Source of the DNA: Nemertoderma westbladi
Lineage: Eukaryota > Animalia > Xenacoelomorpha
Direction of reading: 5' to 3'
Length of the DNA stretch: 64,000 bases
Assembly: GCA_032718475.1 (NCBI GenBank)
Contig: JAUCBJ010007698.1
Coordinates: forward strand, 23,432-87,431
Each line of letters opens with the position of its first letter. Positions within the stretch are counted from its first letter, which is position 1. The position numbers were made by a program, and so were the translations under genes. Shown piece after piece: positions 25,985 to 39,800 of the stretch. The notes below the pieces were generated by a model. The model searched no databases. It was not told where the DNA came from and saw nothing but the letters and a program-made list of their open reading frames with translations.

Positions 25985-26905
25985 ACTTCCAGCTGGATAA
26001 CAAGCCATCCGTCATCGCATAGAAAATCAGGAGAGATACGAAGTATAAAAACTACCAGGCTGAAATTTACATTTGATGTAGCCACATTTTCACTAACGGA
26101 GTCGTCACACAACTATTCTTACATACATCAGAAGATTGATTTACGGCTAAGGCAACTGTTGCAAACGCAAATCCCGCCAATGCTATTGACAGTACCACTA
26201 TAACTCTAGTCAGTAACTTTTTACGCCTTTCCAGCGTAGCATATTCCTCGTGTGTCGGCACTTTATCCACCGGAGGCGGCACAGGATATGCGACAGCTTC
26301 CCTCCTCTCCATTTCCGCTTCCATCATATCCTTACCTTTATTTTTGATAATCTTTTTCACACCAGCATCACGCATACTGTGCAACATCTCCAACAGACGG
26401 AATCTTTTTGGTTTCATCGGAGATTCTGCAGCAGAATGGTAACTAGCTAAAGACCTGGAAGTTTCTTCAGCAGAATTGAAACTGTCTGAATATCTGTAAG
26501 ATTCTTCAGCAGAATGGAATGGTTCTTCAGAAGACATCGCAATTCCTAATTTTGATACAGTTTTGTGTGAGGGAGATTCTGGAGCAGTATATAAAGTATC
26601 TGAATATCTTAAAGAATAATTGCTTTTCTTCTATTTTTCTCTCTTCTCAGGAATCTATTAATTTTAATCCCAATTTCTTTATAATGGAACGCATCTAAAT
26701 TCCTGGGAGATCTTTATTTTTCTTTCTCATTATTTGACGACATCGTTTTATCTTTTCGAAACATATGAAGTATATTTATTTATTTCATCATAATTACTTA
26801 ATTATACTGTTGATTTTTTATTTTGCCTGTGATAAAAATTATTTGGACTCATGTTTCCGTTGTTTTGAATATATTAAAGATATTTTTTAGATTTTATATA
26901 TCCCT
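25985..26905 (-). pseudogene. Truncated/frameshifted paralogue of the FReD membrane gene (copy C)
   Basis: ORF 26067-26537 is near-identical to the tail and TM of the 14436 gene. After a frameshift, FLCDDGWLVIQ (start of the FReD) appears at ~25990-26025. Homologous upstream flank to ~26905. Confidence 0.8.
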
Positions 26906-26908
26906 ATA

Positions 26909-27579
26909 TATACACAGTGCCGGCGGACCCAGCAACATAACGCCCACAAATATCGCGGTCCGGAACCATCAACATAGCGCCCCCAGATCTCGTGGTCAGC
27001 CATACACAGTGCCGCGGTGACCCAGCAACATAGCGTTCCCAGATCTTGCGGTCAGCCATTCCCAGTGCCGGCACACCCAGCAACATAGTGCCCCCAAATC
27101 TCGCGGCCAGCCATATACATTATACAGTGCCGGTAGACGCAGCAACCTAGTGTCCCCAAATCTCGCGGCCAGCCATACACAGTGCCGGCACACAAAGCAA
27201 CATAGTGCCCCCAGATCTCGCGGTCAGCCATATACATTATACAGTGCCGGTAGACGCAGCAACCTAGTGTCCCCAAATCACGCGGCCAGCCATACACAGT
27301 GACGGCACACCCAGCAACATTGTGCCCCCAGATCTCGCGGTCAGCCATATACAGTGCCGGCGCACCCAGCAACATAGCGCCCCCAGATCTCGCGGTCAGC
27401 CATATACAGTGCCGGCGGACCCTGCAACATAGTGCCCCCAGATCTCGCGGTCAGCCATATACAGTGCCGGCGCACCCAGCAACATAGCGCCCCCAGATCT
27501 CACGGTAAGCCATATACAGTGCCGGCGGACCCTGCAACATAGTGCCCCCAGATCTCGCGGTCAGCCATATACAGTGCCC
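26909..27579. repeat. 55-bp minisatellite, ~12 more diverged units
   Basis: Same unit as at 22490 and 51598; two units carry a short tatacatta insertion. Confidence 0.92.
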
Positions 27580-28049
27580 CTGGAATTAACTATTCCTCGA
27601 AAATGTGGATTATAAAGTCGGACAAAAAAATGTTACATTATTTTGGTAAAAAAATTGTTATTATTATAATTTTGTTGTTAGTTTTTATTGGAAAATCGTC
27701 TACAACATGTTAACTGTTATTAGTTGTAAAAAATAAAAGCAAAAAATAACTAGCTAGTCGATTAGCTAATGTTCTACTGTAGAACACAATATTTTTTTTG
27801 AAAAATGTTGCAATGAAGTCGGTGGTGATATTACTGTGCAAAAAGTACATAATTTCATTAATTAATATCAAATGCGACTGCAAACGGAACTCTAGCCACT
27901 ATTTTTTTATTTAAAAATATATTTTATTCTAGAACATTTTTAATAATATTTTTTAATTTTAGGAATTCTGATTTACTCAATTATATATTTACTTACATGT
28001 TTTTGAACTAAATAATAATTTACTAGCTACAATTATAAAAAAAAGTGTT

Positions 28050-28950
28050 GGAGTAAAATGTTGAGGTGATGTAGGAGGATAAACTGTCCGACTCAGGGTG
28101 TAGAGCACGACGTAACGTTGATATGTCAGAGGAGGCGAATAACTAACGGAGTCGTAACACAACTATTCTTACATACATCAGAAGATTGATTTACGGCTAA
28201 GGCAACTGTTGCAAACGCAAACCGTACCAATGCTATTGACAGTACCACTATAACTCCAGTCAGTAACTTTATGTGCCTTTCCAGCGTAGCATATTCCTCG
28301 TGTGTCGGCACTTTATCCACCGGAGGCGGCACTGGATATGCGACAGCTTCCCTCCTCTCCATTTCCGCTTCCATCATATCCTTATCTTTGATAATCTTAT
28401 TCACACCAGCATCACGCATACTGGGCAACGAATTCAACACGCGGAAGCTCTTTGTGCAGCAGAATTGAAACTATCTGAACATCTGAAAGATTCTTCAGCA
28501 AAATGGAATGATTCTTCAGAAGACATCGCAATTCCTAATTTTGGTGAAGTTTTGCGAAATTCTCGAGCAGTATAGAAGGATTCTGGAGGAATATCCATCT
28601 GCGTTTGGTACAGTTCTGTTTGCAGGATATTCTGAAGCGTTGTAGGTTTCTGGAGATTTATCCTTTCCTAAGTTTGTGTCAGAGAGATTCTGGAGCAGTA
28701 TGTAATGTAACTTCATGAGAATGGAAAGTATCAGAATTCCTGGAAGATCTTTCTTTTCCTTCCTCATTATTCGACATAGTTTTATCTTTACGAATCTCTT
28801 TAAGAAACATATTCACTCAGTAAATTTATTTATTTTATCATAATTACTTAATAATACTATTGATTTTCTATTTTGCCGCTGATAAATATTTATTTGGACT
28901 CAAGTTTCCGTTGTTTTGAATATTTTTATGATATCTTTTCGAATTTATAT
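28050..28950 (-). pseudogene. Truncated/frameshifted paralogue of the FReD membrane gene (copy B)
   Basis: ORFs 28516-28767 and 28126-28440 match the 14436 gene; upstream non-coding flank is near-identical to ~14270-14435; stalk remnant VYPPTSP at ~28070; no FReD seen. Confidence 0.82.
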
Positions 28951-29959
28951 ATATAATGTGGGGCGAGACACGTATGGCGAGCCATCAGCGAACTGATATA
29001 ATTATACTATGGCCGTTTCTCAAAAGTCTGTGTGTGACGTGTGTGTGTGTGTGTGTACGTACGTGTGTGTACGTGTGTGTGTGTGTGCACTGGTTAACGC
29101 TACATACTGTGGACGTAAGTGCCATACAATACCCACGTTCTGGGGACCTTTCGCGAACTGGGGACGTCCCCAGAACGTTCTGACTGGAAATTCGAAATCT
29201 TCATTGCCAAATTAGTCTAAATATAAAATTTCACCGTATTTAGGCTCAGTCCCCACTTTGTTTGTGTTTAGCCGCACTCGTATGTGTTCGGTGTGTATGG
29301 GGTGTAAATATTGATGTCCCCACTATAACAGTGATAAGTATACACACATTATCTACGTCATTTTGTGACGTCACAATGTCCCCAGTGAGCTTAATTTTTA
29401 ACGACCCCGGTTTGTGGTTGAAATTAAGTATATTATGAGTTATGTTCAATTATTTATGGATTAGTTAGTCAGGTCTGTCTTTGAGACAATGCAGCTTAGG
29501 CAATCCATAGATAATGTTTTTTTATTGTTTCTATACACTCGTGAATAATTGTAAAAGTTAATATTTCCTTATGAGTTACCTAAGCACCCCTTGTGGTGCA
29601 ACTTTCCTCAGTTACTATAACAATGGATTTTCACTTAGTCGATAGTGCTAAACAATCCCGCATGCACTATGCATACAAGCATGTAGAAATTTTTAAAAAA
29701 ATATATGGACAAATATCGTAATACGGCCACTGCTACTTTTTTTCTGCGGGGGCACTAATTAAATTAATGTTTAAACAAACAAGGTGGAGCACAACGATAT
29801 ATGATGTAACTCTTATCATTCAAATTACATTAACCTCATTGAATTATATTAATTATATCATTAATTTTATACCTTTAATTTTTTAGACCCTTCTACGTAC
29901 TGTAGTGGAAAACGCAGTGGTTAAGTAGTGGTTAACGTCGTACTGTAGTGGTTAACGAA

Positions 29960-30460
29960 AACACGCCCATTCTAAATAGTGTACTGTCCCTTGCGCACAT
30001 CTGGGGACATTAGTTTTTTAGTGCTGAGGGTATTATATTATGCCCTACGTTCTACTTATGTAGGTAGTTGCAATGGACGTTAAGAATATATAATAATATT
30101 AATAAATTAACGAGAACACACCGTTCTAAATACTGTCCCTTGCGCACATCTGGGGACATTAGTTTTTGTATTGTTTTTCTGCAGCCCATACGTTATGTAG
30201 TTGCAATGGACATTAAGAAAATTTTTTATATATTGACGAAAACACACCGTTCTAAATACTGTCCCTTGCGCACATCTGGGGACATTAGTTTTTGTATTGT
30301 TTTTCTGCAGACCATACGGTATGTAGTTGCAATGGACATTAAGACAATTTTTTATATATTGACGAAAATACACCATTCTAAATACTGTCCCTTGCGCACA
30401 TCTGGGGACATTAGTTTTTTTAGTGCTGGGAGTATTATATTAGGTCCTACGTATAGTTGC
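29960..30460 (+). repeat. 126-bp tandem repeat, ~4 units (left arm)
   Basis: caccgttctaaatactgtcccttgcgcacatctggggacattag at 30119 and 30245, with variants on each side. Confidence 0.9.
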
Positions 30461-30467
30461 AATGAAT

Positions 30468-31205
30468 GTTACTACAACTACTACTACTAGGTCGAGCGAA
30501 CTCGGACAGTGGAAATGAGATCCTTCCAGGCATCCCAATTCTCCATAGTTGTCGCAATTTCGTTTCTCCCAAGTTCAGTATCCCTTTCAAGTTGATCTAT
30601 ATATGTTATGGCAGGTCGTCCGCGACTACGCTTTCCATGAGTTGGTTGCCAGAGAAGTAGATCTGGTATGACCTCGTCTTTACTTCGCCAGCAGTGCCCA
30701 CTGAATCTTAATCTGCGTTCACGGAGGGTGGTTGATACAGGTGGTATTGTACCATAAAGCTCGGCGTTTGTCATGTGTTGTCTCCAGCTGATGTTTAGGG
30801 CTGCCCTTAGTAGTCTTGTGTAGCAACCATCAATTCGTTGTTCAAGTGATTTAGTCAGTGTCCAGGTCTTACCCCCGTATAAAAATACACTTTCCACTGT
30901 GGCTCGAAAGAACTTAGTCTTCAGGTGCCTGGAGAGATCTGATTTCCAGATGGTATCCATTTTTGATAGAGCTACCCAAGCCTTTGCTTTCCTAACTTCT
31001 ATGTCCTTTTTGCTACTCTATCCATGATCCAAGGTACTGGAAGTCATCGACCTTCCTTAGTTTATTATTATCAATGGTTGTCAAGTTTCCATCAACATTA
31101 AAGGTCATGAATTCGGTCTTTTTAGCATTTATAAGCAATCCAACCTCCCTAGCAGCCCTCTCCACTTTATTCAGTAGAAGCTGTGCATCTGTTAGCGTAT
31201 TAGAG
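30468..31205 (-). mobile_element. 5'-truncated RTE/RTEX-like LINE, same family as 16752-17325
   Basis: Near-identical sequence, extends further 5' (LSNTLTDAQLLLNKVERAAREVGLLINAKKTEFM..FQYLGSW); (TAG)n-like tail. Confidence 0.9.
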
Positions 31206-31454
31206 AGCATCGGGGCGATGATATTATTTCTAATTTTTTCCTTCATTCAAAATCGATCTACTTCGTCATTTATTAATCAATTAGTTTGAAATTTTCAGTG
31301 AATGGTCTTGACATTAACCAATAAAACTTGTAGACAGAATTTTGAAATTTCGAGCGTAAGTTATGTTTTGAGCCGATAATCTGAAAATATCGGCCAAAAA
31401 TAAAACACATTTAGTTAATATTTTTTCATTTTTTTAGTTAACATTAGTCTTCTG

Positions 31455-32714
31455 GGGCGGTATTCATAGAGTTAATATTAGTTACAGCTACTTAGTGACA
31501 GCTTTTAGTAAGTGCTGCAACTATGTTTAGTAAGAGCTATCTGTTACTAAAAACAACTGATTTTAGTAAGAGCACTGACTTAACTTAGTTTCAACTAGCC
31601 CTTAAAAAAAATCAGTATTCATAAACTGTTACTAAACTTAGTTCTAGCCTTTTTTTAGCAGTGCCGGTACTTTAACTTATGTTTATCAAAAAGCTTTCAG
31701 TTTCAACTTAAGGTCGGTAGCTATGCCCTGCATGTCTCTATGTTTACTGTTTAACTTGAACTGGTAGTCTACATTAAAACCCATTAATTTTATTGGTCAC
31801 TAAAACAATTCCTGTTTTCCAGTAAATTTTTTTGATTATCAAATATATATTTCCTCCACTCAATTTAATTATCACTAAAATATATTTTCATCAAAAATAA
31901 ATCTGTTACGGCCTGTTGTAATAAAATCCCTTCATTATTAGTGGCACTGTAACATGCCCTTTCCCACATTTTAGCAATAATTTATATTTAATAGATTTAA
32001 TGTTAATTAATAGATTTTAGCGGAAACTGAATATTTTAGTGATTTCCTATTAAAATTATAGTGAAAAATTATTATTTTTAGTCAGTTAGTAAGGCGATAA
32101 TTCAATTGGCTACCATTATCGAATACCATTATTTACATTCGGTAATAGAGATGAAATTAATGAAGTGGGAACGCTACCGCTTTTTCATCTTGCGAAAGTT
32201 GGCGAATGGTAGAATTCTTTAGCAAAACACATTTTTCAACGGACGAGGACCGTTCGGCAACAATCTCACCATTCAAGAATGTACGCTGAAATTTGGAAAT
32301 TTAAGTCGGATATATGTTTAAAAAACAACAAGCTTTATGTCCATACATTTGACAGTTTCTCTGCAACAACACATTTGCAATGAACACAGAATGCTAGAAA
32401 AACAAGAGAGAGTATAATGTGGCCGGAGTCGTCAGTAACATAATAACCATACTGTATGTATGAAGGCCAACATAGAATAAGTAAGCGGTCTTACCAACTT
32501 AGTCACATCTTCATGTGACTAGAAATTTAAGTTACAGCTAATACTAACTTAATTAAGACTAAATTCTATGAATACGAGTTTAGCAACAACTAGTACTAAA
32601 TACGTTAGTAATAAGTAGCAGCAACTTCTCTGAATACCAAATTAGTACAAGCACTTACTAACTTGATGTGACTAGGACTAAGTTCCTAGTTAGTCACATT
32701 TATGAATACCGCCC
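31455..32714. mobile_element. PIF/Harbinger-like MITE nested in another inverted-repeat element (~31220-32835)
   Basis: TIR gggcggtattcata / tatgaataccgccc with a 3-bp CTG duplication; flanks ~31222-31315 and ~32738-32832 are themselves inverted repeats. Confidence 0.7.
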
Positions 32715-33060
32715 CTGATCAATGGCCAATATGTGAATATGTCAAGACCATTTACTGAAAATTTCAAACGAATTCATTAAAAAATAACGGTGTAGATAGG
32801 TTTTGAGTGAAGGAAAAAATGAGAAATAATATTCTGAGTTAAATGCATGTAAATTTTAAAACCTTCCCGCGCGAATTGGTTAGTCTCTATGTGACCAATT
32901 TCTAAACAAGTATAAAAATTTATAAATCGCTATTTTCATTTATAAATTTACCTAACATGTTTAGAAAAAACCCTGGGGGGGGGGGGGGGGGCAGGGACCT
33001 GAATGACGACACTATATTCCAGGACATGGTTCACGTAGAGCCTATCTCACCTATACAAAT

Positions 33061-33420
33061 AATGTCCATTGCAACTACATAACGTATGGGCTGCAGAAAA
33101 ACAATACAAAAACTAATGTCCCCAGATGTGCGCAAGGGACAGTATTTAGAACGGTGTGTTTTCGTCAATATATAAAAAATTTTCTTAATGTCCATTGCAA
33201 CTACATAACGTATGGGCTGCAGAAAAACAATACAAAAACTAATGTCCCCAGATGTGCGCAAGGGACAGTATTTAGAACGGTGTGTTTTCGTCAATATATA
33301 AAAAATTTTCTTAATGTCCATTGCAACTACATAACGTAGGGGCTGCAGAAAAACAATACAAAAACTAATGTCCCCAGATGTGCGCAAGGGACAGTATTTG
33401 GAACGGTGTGTTTTTGTTAA
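33061..33420 (-). repeat. 126-bp tandem repeat, ~3 units (right arm, inverted)
   Basis: Reverse complement of the 29960-30460 unit. Confidence 0.9.
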
Positions 33421-35086
33421 ATTATTATATAAGGCCTATTCTTAGCGTCTATTGCTCTTACAATACGTACTGTAGAAGGGTCCAAATAATTGTAAAGCAT
33501 CAAATTCATAATTAATATAATTAAATGATAAGAGTTATATCATTAATTGTTGTGCGCCACTATATTTGTATTTATACAACCTAAAATTAATTAGTCTTCC
33601 CGCAGAAAGAAATAATATTTTGAGCAGTGATGGCAGTATTACGGTTTATTTCTTGAAACTGCAAGTATTTTCAAAACAAATTGCTACATGCTTGCTAACT
33701 TGTACGCATTGATACAGGGGGAATTGTTCAGCGCTATCGCTATCGACTAAGTGAAAACCCATTGTTATAGTAAATGAGTAAACTATGGAAACTTGTATCA
33801 CAAGTAGTCTTTAGGTAACTAATAGAGAAATATTAACTTTTACAATAATTATTCACGAGTGTAAAAGAACACTATCTCTTTGTACTGTACTGACCTGGCC
33901 AAGTATTCCAATTACTAGAATCATATCCATGAAGTTGCATAAAAACAAAGCATTTCAGTTTCCTTTTCCATATACTGTATGTGTTACACTACAGTAGTTG
34001 TGGACTGTGGACATTAATTTTCGTATGTGTCTTGACCCCAGTTGGGGTTTGTGGACATCACTAAACACACTCAGGTACAACACACATAATTATGACGTCA
34101 CCAAAAGCAATGTCCGCACAGTGAATGTAAAAAAATGATTTTTGAAATATTGGAAAAATTTTAAATTTTGAAAAGCAAACATTTCCCATTACTTATTAGG
34201 AAGCTAATTTGAAAATTTGAAGGATTTTCATTGGATAGTTCTCTAGATATTTAATAAATAAGTACGTCCACAGATCCCTTGGTTGTGAGCTTGTCCACAG
34301 AATCCATAGTTAACCCGTATAGGTGTGTGTGTGTGTGTGTGTGTGTCGGTAGCCATAAATGTCGGAAGCCATAATCGAAGTTAATATCTTCAGTTAAATT
34401 GTATGGTTGAATCGAATTATTTCGATTCTTCTATCGGTAATTAATTATTTAGGGGGGTAACATTTATCCCATCTGGTATAAAATTAACATGGGTAGATTC
34501 GCCGTGTCCCATTCTATCAAAGTCTTTACTTTATACTCGAGATTAATGTCAAGTTTTATAGTTATTTATTGATTTACAATTAAAATTGCATTTTTATCAA
34601 TTAATTCACACGCAGGCTCTAACCGCCTAATGACAGTCAATACGGAGTAATTCCTTCCCGTGTCTTAGCAACGCTGAGAATGTCCTGGCCTGTTAGAGGC
34701 AGACTGCTGCTGGTTGGGGATGGTAGGATAGCATTAATTCCCTAAACATTCACTCACTCTCCATAGAACTGGCTGACGGGGGTGTGTGTGTGTGTTTAGG
34801 TATCAGTTATTCAATGACATTAATATTATTACTAATGAAGGAATAGTGCTCCTTCAATACATCTCAACAGACATCAATTCATTGCCTGTGCCTACCAACG
34901 CGTGCTCCATAACATAACAACATATATCCTTGATTTCCATCACCTCTCACCACAATTATTATTAGTAATTAAAAGTTTCAATTCGGTTTGTCGTTCCGTT
35001 ATCTGGTTATTCAGTTATTGCATTATTAATAAATAAATGTTTTAAAATATATCTTACGAAATATGGTTAATAATAAAAACTTGTCG

Positions 35087-35612
35087 CTAACATTCTCACT
35101 ATGGGGGTTTTAAGGAGTGCTGATTACATTTCTGATGTCAGTTTTCATGTTTACATAAATCTAGTCTGTCTGTCTGTCGGTCTTTCTGTCAGTCAGTCTG
35201 TCAAAACATAAAAGAGAATTCAAATTAACTAACATTCTCGCTATTGGGGTTTTAAGGGGTGCTGATTTCATTTCTGATGTCAGTTTTCAGGTTTACATAA
35301 ATATAGTCTGTCTGTATGTCGGTCTTTCTGTCAGTCAGTCAGTCTGTCAAAACTTAAAAAATAATACAAACTAACTAACATTCTCGTTATGGGGGTTTTA
35401 ATGGGTGCTAATTTTATTTCAGATGTCAGTTTTCACGTTTAAAAAAATCTAGTCTGTCTGGCTGTCGGTCTTTCTGTCAGTCAGTCTGTGAAAACTTAAG
35501 AAAGTATACTAACTAACCAACATTCTCGCTATGGTGGTTTTAAGGGTTGCTGATTTCATTTTTGATGTCAGTTTACACGTTTACATAAATCTAGTCTGTC
35601 TGTCTGTCGGTC
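35087..35612. repeat. ~143-bp tandem repeat x4 with (GTCT)n microsatellite, Helentron/DINE-like internal array
   Basis: aacattctcrctatkggggttttaagg..gctgatttcatttctgatgtcagtttt..tagtctgtctgtc at ~35087, 35229, 35376 and 35518. Family label is inference. Confidence 0.75.
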
Positions 35613-35617
35613 TTACA

Positions 35618-35889
35618 GGACATTTGCAGGACATTGCTTTCGCCGTGAGGACCAGCCAGTGCATAATCTTGTACTTTGGCAGCCTCATGGAGTGAATAAG
35701 CATGGTGGACAGCCCATGACTTTCTTGAGACGCATCTTAATGGACACTGGCCTTAAAGATGCGGATGATCTAGCAAATGTCATGGGTGATAGGGAGTTGT
35801 GGCGGTGCAATTTTGTTGACAAGCCGGCACAGCATTCTTAAAAATGCAGCTGCAATGCAGCATGCCGATCCTAGTAGTAGTAGTAGTAG
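35618..35889 (+). mobile_element. Short RTE/RTEX-like LINE 3' end with (TAG)n tail
   Basis: FAGHCFRREDQPVHNLVLWQP..GGQPMTF..DTGL..VMGDRELWR, then tagtagtagtagtagtag. Confidence 0.75.
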
Positions 35890-36882
35890 GCATTACGCCA
35901 TATACCTAACACTAATAATACAGTCTACAATACAGCCTATCTACAGTACAGAATGGATTTTTTGCCACGAAGAGCAATAAATGTCATTAATACTATCCAC
36001 CAGTATACCTACTCCAAGAGCCTTCCAATAAAACATGTATTCCAGCATGACGTCCACTGCACGTCTTCGTGCTGTCCATTGTGACGTGCAGTGGACGTCA
36101 TAGGCTCTAAGGGGTTAAGCAACACGGTCCCTACTTCGCCCTGTCGACACCCCAGCCATTTTTCACCAATCCTTTTTTAGAGTTTTTTAATTTTTTTGGT
36201 ATTGGTGAAAGTTCTACAACATTAGTAGATATGTTTTTTATGATAGCTAGTGTTTTTTTGCTCGCTAGTATTTTTTGAAATTATAAAAAATGTGAAAGTC
36301 CATGATATTTCAGGTTAAACTGTTGAAGAATATATTAATGACCAAAATAATTTCCAAAAATTACTAGCTAGTAAAAAATACTAGCTATATACCATTAAAA
36401 ATCTACTAAGGTTCTAGAATATTCACTAGTATAAAAAAAGCACTCAAAATCACAAAAAATAAAGGTTAAAAAACTCATTCGGGACCCTTTTGCTTAAGGA
36501 GTCAAAATTGTAGAACAAATTCCCGAAGTTTGCGACGTTTGCGAAATTCGCGAAGAATCCGTCAGTTTCTGTGCCCTAATGGTTTCGTGACGAAACAATC
36601 AAATCTTACACACTTAACACACGCGAACTAATTTAATGTGTGTATTAGTATGCATGAATCATTAAATAGAAATTAAATTAATGAACGCTATTTCAACATG
36701 AAATCTACGGAATCAAAACACAACACACCCACACTACTGAATTCAAAAATTTATATAGATTGCAACTTATATTTGGCTACCTTTTAGGCCTAAATGGGTG
36801 ATTAATTTAATTATTCACCCCTATATATTTGTAGCCTTTTTAATTTATGCCTCTAATTGAATCAAACATTAAACTAAAATAT

Positions 36883-39800
36883 TGTTCGCGCTTTCAGACC
36901 TTTGGCAGTTTAACCCGCCAAATTAGAATGTCTTCTAGATAATAAATCTGCTTTTTAGTCTATGACAAGTATTTGATTCACTACACTAGTCGAAACCAAT
37001 CCGTGCGCGACCATTCACCCGCTGGATATTCCCGGGAGATTGGGTTCGACGGTTTAATTTTTATTGCTATGTAAGCCTAATGTATTATTCGACTGACAGT
37101 ATTATATAATCTCTGACAATATTATTCACCTTCGGTAATATTAACAGTTCCTTTAGGACGTGGCGCTTTATCTATATAAACAGAGTTATGACTTAAACTA
37201 CTCGCAACGATATGGCTTAATTATAATCCACATATATGGCGCATTCTTTAGGAATGCTTCTTTAACAGACTCACTCATACACTATGCTGCACAATACTGC
37301 ACACTAATCTGCCAATCTTCACTGATTTTAGTCACATATAAAAAGAACACAGGCTGACTCATGTAGGGTCTATCAAATAACATTAGATTCACTTCAAACC
37401 ACTTTAACATAAGTCACAATCGTTATTGGTAACCTTTCTCTCTTACCTTCGGTATATCAAGAATATTGGGTTGCGGGGTCATTTATCGTTATTCCAAATA
37501 TAATTATTCATCAACCATATTATGAAGAACTGACAGCAAATAGCAGTATAAAACAACAAGTCAGTACCGGTAGGTACTGCACATAGGCATGAGATATTCA
37601 AGTAGTCAGTTTGCAGTCATCAGAGTCTTTAGGTAGTTAAAGGATATATGGGTCAATAAGCTTAAAAGTGGCCAATGGTTTGTCCGGAAGTTACGATATA
37701 ATTTTAAATGCTTTAATTTATTCGTATATAATAAAGTTATATATTATTTTGTAGCTAATTTATTTGCGCAGCTTACGCACTAAAAATTATCAAAATCTGT
37801 AAAGGCAGTCAAAAGATATGCCCCATTAAAGACTGAAATATCGTGAAAATCAGTTGTCCCTTACATGACAAGACCACAAACAACTGTAAATTTTATCACC
37901 CCAAGTGGCAAATATATAGAAAACCTATATATTGTTGGGAAGCTTAGATGTTTTGCTTTCTTTTCCGATATATTTCAGGCCATAATATTCATGTTGAACC
38001 ATTTGAGATCGATACATAAAATGGGCATGGATTTTTCAATTTTTGTGTCACATCTGTAACATTTACGTCTAGAATCTGAAGTAGTAACTGTAGGTTTACA
38101 GTTTTGATATATTTAGAATCTACAGGGTTTCTAACATATATAGGCCAAATATCACATACAAAGGGTAAGGTCATCTCATTTGGGAAGCATTTATGTTTAA
38201 CAAAGTCAATATTGAAAGCATAAACGTCCATATCTGTAACGCTACAAATGTGGCCATAGATTTTGATAATATTAATCTCATACAAGTATAATGGTACGTG
38301 TGGAAAGGCAATTTGAATTTATGCCGCATTAACCCCAAGAGTTAATGTGATAAATAAACACCTAGGATGTATGGCGGTGGTAAGCGTTTTTGTCAACCAT
38401 CTGTAACGCGTCACCGTTACAGTGCAGTGCGTTACAGATAGGGCATGTCTCATCTGTAACGCATTATATAACCAGTTATCGATGCGTTACAGACTGTAGG
38501 TTTTCAGTCATATCTATATGACAGTCCTATCTGTAACGGAGGGTCACCCTGAAATACAATAAGGCATCACTGTCAATATTTGAATGCCTACGCGTTTGAT
38601 ACGTTCTTCGTCTTCCTACTGACATCCTAACTGCTCATGGTAATGTGGTAGTGTAAGATGGGTAAGTGTAAAACGCGGAACCGGATGCAGGATCCGGATC
38701 GGTTCTCGAATTTTGAGGTTAAAACGCGGATCCGGGTTTTCATGAAATCCGGAAATGAGTGCAAAATGCGAATTCAATCTAATTTGAATTGTTGCTGGAG
38801 TGTTACTGGATCCTCCCGTAAGGGGAGTAAAACACGGATTCATGTTTATCTCTATCCGGGAAGAAGTGATTGTGGATTCTGGGGAGTAAAGCGCAGATTC
38901 ACTTCACATATGAAATTTTATGAATCCAGAGCTTCTGGCTCCGTGGTAAATAATTTAGGAATTAATTGCAAATATATACAATCTCCATCTTATAAATTTT
39001 AAAAGTAGGCCTATAAATAAAATGTGCTTTTTGCAGAATTTCGCTTTATTTCGTTTAGAATTGTAGAAGATACATTTCCTACAAACAGTGTTTTTTTTAA
39101 CATACAATATATTGTACAGACGGTACTTTGCCCTTTTTCGTTTTGCGTTTTTCGCTATTAGGCTTCCCTGCATAGGCGCGTAATTTATTACAACAATGCT
39201 GATAGCAATGATCCTCATAGCATATAAAAGGCCTATGCCCTATATTTTACTATCAATTTCTAAATCATTGGCTTAACATCACTCACTGACTTACATGAAG
39301 GACTTGTGCACTACTTATATTATTGTGATAAGTTTAGTCAGATCCATTTATTGGATGTGGTAATAGACGTCTCTGAATCAGTTGCAGAGAAACGCCAGGG
39401 AGCGGTTAAATAAGTACATCGAACAAATGGACCGCGGTTGTTATACAGAGTATTTTAAACAAGCATATAAAAAGCGGCGCGGTAGGGAGAATTAAACACG
39501 GGATAAAAAAAAACGTGTAAAACAAGATTATCGGTTACACAGAAAAATGTTAATGAAAAACTTTTTCTATTTATTGAAACCATGTGTATTAAGTACATAT
39601 ACTTTAATGGATGCGATGGTTATGGGCAGATATCTCTGTTTGTTACAGATGTTTGTCCAATAAATTACCTTATTGTCGAAGCAATAAGTTATAATACTGC
39701 AAAATCCACAACATAATTACCGTTACAGATGGCCGTTACAGACGTTTGTCCCAAAAATGTCATCACTGTAATGCGGTACAGTGGTAGACAAAAACGTTAC

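Larger units (their letters stand above)
29088..34325. mobile_element. Large foldback-type non-autonomous DNA element between (TG)n tracts, with nested insertions
   Basis: Arms ~29530-30460 and ~33060-33870 are inverted homologues (acactcgtgaataatt / attattcacgagtgt; inverted 126-bp arrays); many tggggac/gtcccca motifs; (TG)n immediately outside both ends. Confidence 0.55.

Noticed and set aside
30068-33387. 42-aa repeat ORFs (THRSKYCPLRTSGDISF..)
   Set aside because: Translations of 126-bp arrays in the arms of a non-coding foldback element; no domain recognised.
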